Assembly (NCBI RefSeq): GCF_000270205.1
Contig: NC_015913.1
Span: 1,140,001-1,172,000 of the forward strand
Direction: 5' to 3'
DNA length: 32,000 nt
DNA from: Candidatus Arthromitus sp. SFB-mouse-Japan
GTDB lineage: Bacteria; Bacillota; Clostridia; Clostridiales; Clostridiaceae
A model generated the notes under the pieces. It ran no database searches. It saw only the letters and a list, made by a program, of their open reading frames with translations, and was not told the origin of the DNA. The position numbers and the translations under genes are program-made. Shown piece after piece: positions 15,579 through 26,500 of this stretch. Position 1 is the first letter of the stretch, and each line of letters begins with the position of its first letter.

Positions 15579-17573
15579 TTATATTCCTATTTTTTCAATG
15601 ATCTCATTAAATTCATCTTCAGAAATCATATTTAAATTTAATGATTTTGCTTTAGATAATTTACTTCCCGCATTCTCACCAAAAATTACATAATCAGTTT
15701 TCTTACTAACAGATTCTGAAATTCTCGCACCTAATTTCTCCAAAAGTTCTTTAATATCTTTTCTAGATAAATTTTTAATCGTTCCTGTAACAACAACTAT
15801 TTTCCCATTAAATAAATTATCTTGAACTTCAACTTCTTCCTCATATTTAAATTTAACTCCAAGCTCAATTAGCCTTCTAATTTCTTCTCTAACTCCCTCA
15901 TTATTTAAAAATTTAAATATGTCATCCAAAATAACATCACCAATTCCATATATTTTATCTAGCTCTTCTCTTGTTACACTCATTATTCTATCAAGTGTCT
16001 TATATTCCTTAACTATATCTTTTGAAGTTTTAAGCCCAACATTTTTAATCCCAAGTGCATAAATAAAATTATATAAATTACATTCCTTACTCTTCTCAAT
16101 CGATCTTAAAATATTATTTGCTTTCTTCTCTTTAACTTTATCAAGAGTCAATAGATCATCAAATGTTATTTCATAAAGATTTGAAATTCTTTTAACACAC
16201 AATTTCTCATAAAATTGATCAGCAAGTTTCTCACTAAATCCTTCAATATTCATTGCATCTCTTGAGGCAAAATGAACAATAGATTTAACAATTTGAGGTC
16301 TACAAGAAATAGTATTCGTACAATAAAGATGAACTCCATCACGACTAAGAGGAGATTTACAAGACGGACAAATCGTTGGTATTTCTATTTCCTCCAAACC
16401 TTCTCTGCCTAATCCTTTAATAATCTCTGGAATAACATCATTTGATCTTCTTATTAATACATCACAATTAAGTTTTACATTTTTCCTTACAATATCATCT
16501 ATATTATTCAAGGTTGCACGCTTTATTGTGATTCCAGAAACATCAGTAGGCTCAAGTATGGCAGTGGGCGAAACCCTCCCACTACGTCCAACATTCCATT
16601 CAACTCCAATAAGCTTAGTCATAACCTCTTCAGCCTCAAACTTGTACGCTATAGAAAATTTCGGATGCTTAACTGTATATCCAAGTATACTTCGAAGATC
16701 CAATTCATTTACGGAAACTACAACACCATCAATATCATAATTTAGATTATCCTTCAAAGACTCAATCCTTTTTATTTCTTCCTTTACCTCATCAAGAGTC
16801 TTACATAATTTAAATTCAGGATGCTTAAACTTATTGTCCTTTAAAAAGTTTAGTATCTCAAAATATGTAGAAAATTTCCCCTCATCATAATAAGCAACAT
16901 CATAAATAAATGTATCTAATTTCCTTTTCTTTGTTTCATTAACGTCTAAATTCCTCAAAGCTCCTGATGCACCATTTCTTAAATTCTTAAGAGGTATATT
17001 AGCAACCCTATTGTATTTTTCAAACTCTTCTTTTGTCATAATAACTTCTCCACGAATCTCAAAAGACCCCATATCATTTATTGATAATGGAATACTTTTT
17101 ATAGTTTTCGCTTGTTCAGTTACATTTTCTCCGATTTCACCATTTCCTCTCGTAGACGCCTTTATAAATTCTCCATTTTCATAAATAAGATTTATACTTA
17201 CCCCATCAAATTTTTGTACAACTATATAAGAAGGACTCCCCAAATTATTTTCATTTGATGCCTTAAGGTTCTTATTGTGCCAAAGCTCCAAACTTTCAAA
17301 TGATGTAACCTTATCAAGACTCCACATTTTTGCTTTATGTACTGACTTTTCAAATTTATCTAGAACAACATCTCCTACTCTTTGCGTGGGAGAATTTTTT
17401 AAAATATACTTAGTTTCATTTTCAAGTTCTCTGAGTTCATCATAGAGCTTATCATATTCACTATCCTCAATTTTAGGATCATCAAGCACATAGTACGCAT
17501 AGGAACTTTCATTTAAATATAAAACAAGTTCATGTATCCTCTCTATTTTATTTTTCAAAATCTCCTCTCCCAA
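15579..17573 (-). CDS. ligA: NAD-dependent DNA ligase
   Basis: Adenylation motif VQKFDGVS (KxDG), Cys4 zinc finger CPSCKSPL...CTNTISC, HhH region, and C-terminal BRCT (GKIVVVTGT...SVSKKTDYVIFGENAGSKLSKA). Confidence 0.95.
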   Translation of the reverse strand: MGEEILKNKIERIHELVLYLNESSYAYYVLDDPKIEDSEYDKLYDELRELENETKYILKNSPTQRVGDVVLDKFEKSVHKAKMWSLDKVTSFESLELWHNKNLKASNENNLGSPSYIVVQKFDGVSINLIYENGEFIKASTRGNGEIGENVTEQAKTIKSIPLSINDMGSFEIRGEVIMTKEEFEKYNRVANIPLKNLRNGASGALRNLDVNETKKRKLDTFIYDVAYYDEGKFSTYFEILNFLKDNKFKHPEFKLCKTLDEVKEEIKRIESLKDNLNYDIDGVVVSVNELDLRSILGYTVKHPKFSIAYKFEAEEVMTKLIGVEWNVGRSGRVSPTAILEPTDVSGITIKRATLNNIDDIVRKNVKLNCDVLIRRSNDVIPEIIKGLGREGLEEIEIPTICPSCKSPLSRDGVHLYCTNTISCRPQIVKSIVHFASRDAMNIEGFSEKLADQFYEKLCVKRISNLYEITFDDLLTLDKVKEKKANNILRSIEKSKECNLYNFIYALGIKNVGLKTSKDIVKEYKTLDRIMSVTREELDKIYGIGDVILDDIFKFLNNEGVREEIRRLIELGVKFKYEEEVEVQDNLFNGKIVVVTGTIKNLSRKDIKELLEKLGARISESVSKKTDYVIFGENAGSKLSKAKSLNLNMISEDEFNEIIEKIGI

Positions 17574-17575
17574 TC

Positions 17576-19771
17576 CTAAACAAATTCAATCGGTGCATTA
17601 TTTAATGCAAGTTTCTTAATTCCATTATTATCGAAAGCAACTATAACTTTTGGACTTTCTGGATCATCTTCAACCTTGACAACCATACCCAATCCAAAAT
17701 TTTTATGTTTAATTTTCATCCCTATCTTAACATCATCTTTTGAGACATCATTACATTTTTTTGAAATATCATTATCAAGTGGATTATAACTAAATTTCCC
17801 AAAACTTCTTGATGGCATAGACTGAGAAAGAGTAATCTCTTCACCTTTAAAATTAATATTCAACATCAAATCACTCGGAACTTCTCCTAAAAATTTAGAT
17901 TTAGTTCTAAATCCAGTTTCACCATAAACCATTCTCATATTCGCATATGTAAAATAAAGTATATCTTTAGCTCTCGTTATACCAACATAACAGAGTCTTC
18001 TTGATTCCTCCATCTCATCAATTTCATCAAAACACTTATTACTTGGAAAAATTCCATTTTCCATACCAACCATAAACACAACGGGAAACTCTAATCCTTT
18101 TGATGAGTGAATCGTCATAAGCGTAATTGAAGAGGATTTTTCATCATATTTATCGGTTTCACTAACAAGTGAAATATTCTCAAGAAAATCTTCAATATTA
18201 CTTCCAATATTCAATTGTTCAAAATTTACAGAAGCATTTATAAACTCCTGAATATTTTCAAAACGAGTATCTATATCAGAATCTTTCGACTTCTTCAAAG
18301 CATCAATGTAACCAATTTTATCAAGCATTAAACGAATAAATTCCGACGGATTTAAATCAATATATTTTCTAATTTCTTCAATAGATTTAGCAAAATTCTT
18401 TATAATATCTTGTGTTCTAAGGCTAATAGTTTCAATATCAGCACATGCAACCATTGAATCAAACAAACTAATACCATTTCTCTCAGCATATTCTAATAAT
18501 TTGGACAAAGTTGTATCACCAATACCTCTTTTCGGTTCATTTATAATTCTCCTAAGACTTATCTCATCACTAGGATTAACTATTGTTTTTATGTACGCAA
18601 TTACATCTTTAATTTCTTTTCTTTCATAAAAACGCATAACTCCTACAAGCTTATAGGGTATTTGATTCTTAACACATATTTCTTCAAACATTCTTGATTG
18701 TGAATTTGTTCTATACAAAATTCCAAAATCACGATATTCATATCCTCTTGAATTAATAATCCTAAAAATTTCATTAATAACAAATAAAGCTTCTTCTTCT
18801 GCACTACTTGCTTTAAATAATTTAATCTTCTCTCCCTCGTTATTTGTCGCCTTTAAAATTTTCTTCTTCCTTTTAATATTATTTAAAATTACTTTATTCG
18901 CAGCATCTAATATATTTGACTTCGATCTATAGTTTTTTTCAAGCTTAATTATCTTAGTATTCTTGTAATCTTTTTCAAAATCCAAGATATTATTTATATC
19001 TGCACCCCTCCACTGATAAATACATTGATCATCATCCCCAACAACACAAATATTCTTATTCATATCTGCAAGCATCTTAACTAAATAATATTGAGCATAA
19101 TTTGTATCCTGATACTCGTCAACCATAATATATTTAAATTTGGACTGATAAAAACTCAGAATTTCGGGAAACCTTTCAAATAATTCAATCGTTTTAAAAA
19201 TCAAATTATCAAAATCTAATGAATTATTTTCGAATAATTTTTTCTCATAAATTTCATAAATTTGTGCAATTAATTTCTCTCTGTAATTATCTGTATTAGA
19301 AATAGCTTCAATTGGTTTTATAAATTGATTTTTGTAATTAGAAATCCTTCTCAAAACTTCTGATGGTTCAATATTCTCCTGATTAATCTTAAGAATATCC
19401 ATACACTGTTTAACAAGAGTTTTTTGATCTGAAAAATCATAAATAGTAAATGAACTTGTATAACCAAGCTTATCAATTTCTCTTCTTAAAATACGAACAC
19501 ACAAAGAATGAAAAGTTGATATCCACATATTATCAGAAATTTCACCAATCAATGATCTAACTCTGTCCTTCATTTCCTTTGCTGCCTTATTTGTAAAAGT
19601 GATAGCAAGTATTTGATAACTATTAATTCCTAAATTTTTTACCATATGAGCAATTCTATATGTAATTGTTCTAGTCTTACCTGAACCTGCACCGGCTAAA
19701 ATAAGTAATGGCCCATCTATAGTTGTAACAGCACTATATTGCTCCTCATTTAATAACTCCCTTAACTCCAT
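17576..19771 (-). CDS. pcrA: ATP-dependent DNA helicase PcrA (UvrD/Rep family)
   Basis: Walker A AGAGSGKTRT, motif II VDEYQDTN, motif III VGDDDQCIYQWRGA, and the C-terminal VAFDNNGIKKL tail. The conserved pcrA-ligA order has only 2 nt between the genes. Confidence 0.95.
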   Translation of the reverse strand: MELRELLNEEQYSAVTTIDGPLLILAGAGSGKTRTITYRIAHMVKNLGINSYQILAITFTNKAAKEMKDRVRSLIGEISDNMWISTFHSLCVRILRREIDKLGYTSSFTIYDFSDQKTLVKQCMDILKINQENIEPSEVLRRISNYKNQFIKPIEAISNTDNYREKLIAQIYEIYEKKLFENNSLDFDNLIFKTIELFERFPEILSFYQSKFKYIMVDEYQDTNYAQYYLVKMLADMNKNICVVGDDDQCIYQWRGADINNILDFEKDYKNTKIIKLEKNYRSKSNILDAANKVILNNIKRKKKILKATNNEGEKIKLFKASSAEEEALFVINEIFRIINSRGYEYRDFGILYRTNSQSRMFEEICVKNQIPYKLVGVMRFYERKEIKDVIAYIKTIVNPSDEISLRRIINEPKRGIGDTTLSKLLEYAERNGISLFDSMVACADIETISLRTQDIIKNFAKSIEEIRKYIDLNPSEFIRLMLDKIGYIDALKKSKDSDIDTRFENIQEFINASVNFEQLNIGSNIEDFLENISLVSETDKYDEKSSSITLMTIHSSKGLEFPVVFMVGMENGIFPSNKCFDEIDEMEESRRLCYVGITRAKDILYFTYANMRMVYGETGFRTKSKFLGEVPSDLMLNINFKGEEITLSQSMPSRSFGKFSYNPLDNDISKKCNDVSKDDVKIGMKIKHKNFGLGMVVKVEDDPESPKVIVAFDNNGIKKLALNNAPIEFV

Positions 19772-19783
19772 AACTCTACTCTC

Positions 19784-20500
19784 CTAAACCATTTTTAATA
19801 GATTAATCTCTTCAATCGTTAAATGCCTATACTCTCCTTCTTTTAAATTTTCATCAAGCCTTATTCCACCAAACTCTATTCTCTTCAAATATGTAACCAT
19901 GAATCCAAAAACTCCAAACATCCTCTTAATTTGATGAAACTTACCCTCAATCAAAATAAGTTCACACTCTGACTCACCCTCATAAACTTTAAGTATTTTT
20001 AACTTCGATGATTTACACTTTATACCATCTTCTAAAACTATACCATCACTAAATATTCCAACAAATGAATCGTTTAAACATCCATTTACCCTTACAAAAT
20101 ATTTCTTTTCAACATGACGTTTAGGAGATAAAACCCTATGACACATATCTCCATCATTTGAAATAATTAAAAGTCCAACTGTATCCTTATCGAGTCTTCC
20201 TATTGGATAAGGATCTAGAATCTTATCTCTTTCATCTATAATTTCCAAAACTGTCCTATCAAATTTATCGTAAACTGCTGAAACAAATCCAGAAGGTTTA
20301 TTCATCATCAAATAAACAAACTCTTTATACAAAACCTCTTCACCTAGCACACAAACCTTATCATTATCTACATCAATATGTACAGATGGCTTATTTACAA
20401 TTTCTCCATTAACACTAACACTATTTTGATGTATCAACTTTTTAACTTCTTTCCTACTGCCATAACCATTATTAACAAGAAAATTATCTAATCTCTTCAT
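19784..20500 (-). CDS. RsuA/RluB-family rRNA pseudouridine synthase with N-terminal S4 domain
   Basis: S4-like MKRLDNFLVNNGYGSRKEVKKLI, catalytic-Asp motif GRLDKDTVGLLIISNDG, and KKYFVRV...GKFHQIKRMF. Confidence 0.85.
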   Translation of the reverse strand: MKRLDNFLVNNGYGSRKEVKKLIHQNSVSVNGEIVNKPSVHIDVDNDKVCVLGEEVLYKEFVYLMMNKPSGFVSAVYDKFDRTVLEIIDERDKILDPYPIGRLDKDTVGLLIISNDGDMCHRVLSPKRHVEKKYFVRVNGCLNDSFVGIFSDGIVLEDGIKCKSSKLKILKVYEGESECELILIEGKFHQIKRMFGVFGFMVTYLKRIEFGGIRLDENLKEGEYRHLTIEEINLLKMV

Positions 20501-20562
20501 AAATCCATTACTCCTATTTATTTCTAGAGAATATTTTACTACAACAGAAGTAAATTTTTAAT

Positions 20563-20596
20563 AAAAAATTAAAAGTAGCCTTTATAAGGCTACTTT
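20563..20596 (-). terminator. Rho-independent terminator after the SLT gene
   Basis: Minus strand: AAAGTAGCC (20596-20588) pairs with GGCTACTTT (20580-20572), then TTAATTTTTT. The stem overlaps the stop codon. Confidence 0.6.
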
Positions 20597-21239
20597 AAAA
20601 ACCATTATTATAATAGTGAATAATATTTGTAACATGTATACGAGTTTCCTTAGGAAGCATAGAAACATCTTCCAAAGACCTAAATCCACTTTTATCTAGA
20701 GCATTTCCACCACAATTATAGGCTGCAACTGCTCTAACTATATCCCCACTATACCTCTCTATCATTCCTTTTAAATGCTTAGTACCTGCATCAATATTCT
20801 CATAAATATCATACGGATCTTGAACATTAAATTTTTTTATAGTATTTGGCATAATTTGCATAAGTCCGATAGCCCCAGCATGTGAAACGCATCTGGGATT
20901 AAAATTTGATTCTTGCTTAATAAGAGATCTTATAAGTTTATCATCAACACCATATTTCTTAGAAGCTATCATTATCGCACTATCTACCTCATTATATATC
21001 GTGTTTTTATCATTCTCCTGATATGAATCACAATCAATCTCAACACATTCAAAATTCTTAGTTATATTAACCCTATAAAATTTTTTTGATAAATAAGATT
21101 GGCTCACCTCATCATTTGCCTCAACTACAACACTATTATAAGTCATATCTGATGCTGAAGTATTATGTACATTATTAAAAGCCACTTGTGATATTAAAAG
21201 TCCCACGGCACAAGCTACTTCAATGCTCTTCGCACCCAT
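20595..21239 (-). CDS. Secreted lytic transglycosylase (SLT domain)
   Basis: Signal-like N-terminus. SLT motifs IKQESNFNPRCVSHAGAIGLMQIMP (catalytic Glu-Ser) and AAYNCG. Confidence 0.85.
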   Translation of the reverse strand: MGAKSIEVACAVGLLISQVAFNNVHNTSASDMTYNSVVVEANDEVSQSYLSKKFYRVNITKNFECVEIDCDSYQENDKNTIYNEVDSAIMIASKKYGVDDKLIRSLIKQESNFNPRCVSHAGAIGLMQIMPNTIKKFNVQDPYDIYENIDAGTKHLKGMIERYSGDIVRAVAAYNCGGNALDKSGFRSLEDVSMLPKETRIHVTNIIHYYNNGF

Positions 21240-21307
21240 ATATAGAAAATTCCTCCTAAATAATTTATATTAGTTTAGTCATTTAGGAAGAATTTATTCA
21301 TTTATTT

Positions 21308-23338
21308 TTAAGTTACATTAAATTCATATATATCATAATCTTCATAGTTGCAATTCTTATACTCACTCTTTGTGAGAACAAGTAACTTATATTGACCTTC
21401 TTTAAACGGAATAAAACTATAAGTATTCTTCCTACTATAGGTCTGTACTCTCCTCCACATGCCTTGTTCCATTAAATAAAATTCATATCCAATATCACGT
21501 CCACCCTTTGTATTTACAACAAAGAATATAGAATTATTGACAAGTAAATAATCATCTTTGGCCTCACAAATAATTTTTGTATTAGTAATTGGAAATGAAT
21601 CCTGAACATATATACGAGCTTCTTTTAATGTATCGTACTCTAACTTTGAACTTTTATTTTTAGCCATAACAGAAAGCGTATACTTTCCTTTAACTGTAGG
21701 AACATAATCAAAAGATATATCATCTTTAAATTGAGTTTCAACTATTACTTGATCATCAATAGACAAAACATATTTAAATAAAGTTTGTTTAGTATTCTGA
21801 GCGATTACATTAAATATTATCGGTTCTCCTACAACGTAGCACTCCTGATTTTTATAGAGAATATAATCTATCTTCGCAGGATAATAATCCCATACCTTAA
21901 AGTGAAGTATTGTAGATACATCATACTCCTGAACTGAGAACATATCCTTAACCCTTATTTCAAGCTCATAATACCCTTGCTCTTGGGGCATAAAAGTCAA
22001 AAAGTTTTTATCACTATACTCTATATATCCAACTTCTCTATTCTCTTTTGTAATTATAAAACTATATTGTAATTTCAACCCGCCCTCAGCTTTAACAATA
22101 ATACCTATAGGTTTATTCTTCACGTGCTTATTATACGAATCTATTTGTACATCCAAAATTTTCACTACTTGAGAAATGTATGGCAATACCTCAAAATTCA
22201 TTTCAGTATACACATCATAACCTTGTGGTGTACTTTCATCTCTTACATAAACCTTAACATTGTAATTACCCGAAATTTTTGGTACCCATTGATAAAAATT
22301 TTCTCTTAAATAACCACTTTCTTCAATAAAAGGTTCATCATCACTGCTTGGCCCATTTATTACATACTTGTACAATAAATTCTTTCCACCTTCAACCTGA
22401 ATATTAAAAGTTATAGGATGCCCTGTATAGTGTGGAGAACTTAAATTAGCAGATAGTTCTATTATTTTTATCTCATTATAGGGTTTAACATCATATATAA
22501 TAATTGCCCTATCATCGTAATTATTTATGGAGTAAAGATCCTTTACAAGCACAAGCAATCTAAACTTACCGTACCCATTTTCAATAAATGAAACTATACT
22601 TTTAGTGGAATAATCCTGTACTACTTCTGCTTTACCTTCTTCATTAACCACTAAAAATTTGTATAAAACAGTTTTATTCTCTTCATTACTTACATCACAC
22701 TGAAAGATTAGTTCTTCACCCGAAATAAGTTCCTTGCTTAAACTTTTCAAAGACTGTATCTCAATCTTACCGACATCATTAACATAAAACTTTACAGTTG
22801 CAAAATCATCAAAATTATTTTCAGAATCCTGCTTCCTACACTGCACAAGTATCTCTTTTTCTCCTACCTCATTCAGAGTCAAAATAAGCTTATCATCATG
22901 TGTATATTCTTTTAATAATTCCCATCCATATTGACCATTTATCCAAAATTTATAAAGACTTGGTGAGTATGACGAGTCAACACTCAAAACTAATTGTTCA
23001 CCAACTGAATAAATATCTTTATCCAAATGTAGTGATTTTATTATTTTTTCATCTTCAAAATCTTTACCAATTATATAATTTTCTCTAGCTATATAATCAA
23101 ATGCTTTCTTACTTGAAATATTTTTAGCCTGAACCATAACTATATAATTTCCATACTCTGAAGGAATCCACACGGCCTCTTGTTTCGTAGAAAAATCCTG
23201 TATAGTATACCAAACACCATTAATTCCCACACAAAACCTGTATACTAATTCCTCATCTAATCCCGAAACCTTTATATTTATTGACACATTCTTATCTTGT
23301 GGAGACGCTAAGCTAAAATCTATCAATAATTCATTCAC
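21308..23338 (-). CDS. Seven-repeat triple-tyrosine (Y_Y_Y-like) beta-sandwich protein
   Basis: GTG start with GGGGGA 6 nt upstream. About 95-aa units recur 7 times: Y(K/R/E)F...G.W...(D/E/T)Y(S/T)......(W/F).P...G.Y.(L/V).V..K.....(Y/F)D. Examples: YRFCVGINGVWYTIQDFS, YKFWINGQYGWELLKEYT, YEFYLMEQGMWRRVQTYS. No N-terminal signal peptide is evident. Confidence 0.75.
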   Translation of the reverse strand: MNELLIDFSLASPQDKNVSINIKVSGLDEELVYRFCVGINGVWYTIQDFSTKQEAVWIPSEYGNYIVMVQAKNISSKKAFDYIARENYIIGKDFEDEKIIKSLHLDKDIYSVGEQLVLSVDSSYSPSLYKFWINGQYGWELLKEYTHDDKLILTLNEVGEKEILVQCRKQDSENNFDDFATVKFYVNDVGKIEIQSLKSLSKELISGEELIFQCDVSNEENKTVLYKFLVVNEEGKAEVVQDYSTKSIVSFIENGYGKFRLLVLVKDLYSINNYDDRAIIIYDVKPYNEIKIIELSANLSSPHYTGHPITFNIQVEGGKNLLYKYVINGPSSDDEPFIEESGYLRENFYQWVPKISGNYNVKVYVRDESTPQGYDVYTEMNFEVLPYISQVVKILDVQIDSYNKHVKNKPIGIIVKAEGGLKLQYSFIITKENREVGYIEYSDKNFLTFMPQEQGYYELEIRVKDMFSVQEYDVSTILHFKVWDYYPAKIDYILYKNQECYVVGEPIIFNVIAQNTKQTLFKYVLSIDDQVIVETQFKDDISFDYVPTVKGKYTLSVMAKNKSSKLEYDTLKEARIYVQDSFPITNTKIICEAKDDYLLVNNSIFFVVNTKGGRDIGYEFYLMEQGMWRRVQTYSRKNTYSFIPFKEGQYKLLVLTKSEYKNCNYEDYDIYEFNVT

Positions 23339-23444
23339 AGTTTATCCCCCTTGCAGCACGTAAGCATAAATATAACCATCATATATTTCGTATTTCTTAA
23401 AATTTTCAAATTTATTTTACTAAAACTATAATATATTTAAGTCA

Positions 23445-23474
23445 ATTATACTTTATTTAATATTATGTATTCAA
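23445..23474 (-). promoter_or_regulatory. Candidate sigma-A promoter for the Y_Y_Y-repeat gene
   Basis: Minus strand: TTGAAT (23474-23469), 18-nt spacer, TATAAT (23450-23445). Sequence match only, in AT-rich DNA. Confidence 0.3.
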
Positions 23475-23513
23475 CTAAAAACATAGTAAATTTACCAAAA
23501 TTTAGCATTATAA

Positions 23514-26500
23514 TTATTTAAATATATTTTGATTATAAAAATCACCCTCCTTTTGTAATTTTTCGTAAATATTTGAGATCCCATCCTCCAAATTTATCTC
23601 TATAAATTTTTCACTTATACATTTAATTATTTGATTATATTTCTTACATTCTTCAAGTTTTAAAATTAAAGTTTCTTTATATTTCTTAGATTTCAAAAAT
23701 TTCTCATTTTCATATATATTTTCAAATCTTAATATTTCCTCTTCATACTTATGTTCTATAATATCTAAGTAATTTATCTTAAATTTTAGAAAATCTTCGC
23801 TCGAAAACCTATGAATATAAGTTAAAGCATTAATACCATTATTTTTACCTGAACAAAATTCAAAATAAATCGGACATTTGTTATAAATCTTTGAATGATT
23901 TTTAAAAAAATCCTTTAAGAAATACTGAACAATATTTTCTCTATAACTTCCACCCTTAAATCCAAGAGAGCTACAAACAAATCTTAAATTCTCATCAATA
24001 AACTCCTTATCAAATACAATTTCTAAAAACTTCAAAAATAAATTGTAAATATCATTTTTAAAATATTCCTCTGTAGAAATTATTAAAATATTATCTTTTT
24101 CTGGGTAAAATTTTTCATAATCCCTTTTAAAAATATTATCTACATTATCTATAACCTTCTCATAATCAAGCGAATATCTTCCAAACACACATCCAACAAA
24201 ATAACTCAAGAAACTCTCAACAAATTTTTTCTCATCAATCTTTCTTATAGATACATTTCCATCTTCAACTTCGTAAGAAACCTCATCTGAAAATCCATAA
24301 ATTTCTTTGAAAATAAAATTTATTCTCTCCTCATTTCTCTTAACCTCCTCGAACATGGTTTCAACTTCTCTATAAAAATTATCATAAGAATCTTTAAGTC
24401 TTCCACTTATCTTAAATTCAATTGATGGATGAACTTTAAAATCCCAAGATGTTTCATAAAAATCCCATTCTTTTTTGCACAAATAAATATTTCTATTAGC
24501 AAGCTTTGTTATATCATCTAAATATGAATCATCCATTATAATCGGAAGATCTCCAATATTACCTATTTGAAAATTAACTGTCGGTGCTATAGAAGATAAT
24601 AGATAAAAACAAACATTTGAACACAAAAAAGCTAAAATATATTTTTCATACTTTTTATCTGGAAAAAGAGAAGATCCAGAAACATCAAAAATAAATCCAT
24701 AATCTTTATACCTAACACCAAAATTTTTAAAACCAAATAAAGACCATGTAATTCCTTTTTTGAAATAATACTTTCTATTTTTAATCACAAACTCTGGATC
24801 AGTTATTCGAGGATATTTCGCCTTCACAAAATTTATAAGATTTTCTCCAGAATTCTCATATTTAATTATGTACTCATTATTTCCATACCATTTCCTATAG
24901 TCCCCACCTTTGTTATATGGAAACCATTTCTTATCTATATTCTTCACATCATTATGATTTTTAGAGCAAAATTCTATATCACTTTTGTTAAGTTCATACC
25001 AATATCTAACAAAAGTTTTATTATCAGTTGTTGCCATACCTTGTTTTGGCTCAAAATATTCTTTAAGAGGTTTAAACTCTCTAAAAATTTCTCTTGCCCT
25101 CTCACTTATCCAATAATTTATTGGAGATCCTGGAACATCATCAAATGATTTCAATTTTATCCTTGAGTTCCTATTATGCGATATTGGAAAATTAGTAGGC
25201 TCACCACTTGCATTAATATCTTCATATTTAACATAGTTGTATATTCCTTCATAATCTTCAATCGATTTCTTCTTAAATATGGTAGCACTCGTTCCAAAAG
25301 CAATTGACATTACATTATTGTCCATATGTAAAAGTGAAACTATCGTATTACTTTCTGATATAGATTTTCTAAGTTTCTCAAATTTATAAAGAAACATCCA
25401 AGATTGCATAGTGAGCATTACATTAAATCCATTATCATGTGTTAACTCAAATCCCCTCTCAATAAATACGGAAAATAAATCCATTTTACTATTTGGATAA
25501 TTCTCTTTTAAATAAAGTGCAAGTTTTTCCCCCATTCCACGACTACTCATGTATGGAGGATTTGTTACAACAATGTGATACTTACTACTCAAAAGTCTTG
25601 AGAGATTAATTAAGTTTTTCATACAATAAAGCTCTTCTTCATTTAAATAAGGATATATAGCATCTTCTATTGAATCAAAATCAAGTTTCTTCACAGATAA
25701 AAGAGAACCATATTCCTTTGAATCTCTAAATGAATCCAATATATATTTAACATCATAAAATTTATCATGCTCAAGAATACTTGCCTTCGCAAGTACACTA
25801 TCATATATTTCATTACTCTCAATAATCGGATAAAGATTGAACTTAATATTATTATTCCTTAAAAATTTCCTAAATCTACTTCTACCTTTCATCATAAGAG
25901 CAAAGTATGCAAGTTCATACGCCCTATCATCAATATCAATTCCAAACAAATTATTTTCAAATATTAAATACGGAATCTCACTCTCTAAATATCCGTACTC
26001 CTTATAGATCTCAAAAAGAAGATCGAATGCATAAACCAAAATATGGCCACTACCCATACATGGATCAATTATTTTTATATCTTCTGGTGAAATATTTTTA
26101 AAGTCAGGTTCCCCAATCTCTGCATCAACAAAATATTTAAGTTTTACTGGAAATTCACTTTCTCCACTATTTTCTATGTAGAATCTCCCAAGAGAATTTT
26201 CGACCATATACTTAACAATCCATTTAGGTGTAAAAATTTGAGTTACAGAAGGTATATTTTCTTTAGATATCTTTATATTTTGCTTAAGTCTCCTAAAAAT
26301 TTCATCCTTCTTTTCTGTTATGTAGTATTGATAAAGCCAACCAATAATTTCAACGTTATTGAAAAAATATTTTTCATCAATTTCCTCTATAATTTTTCTA
26401 ATAAAACTATTCTCATTAGAAAGATTAACTGGAAAAAGTAAATTTCTATAATCATTTGTCTTTTTAAAAATTCCAGGAAGAATTTCATTTAAAGCATTGC

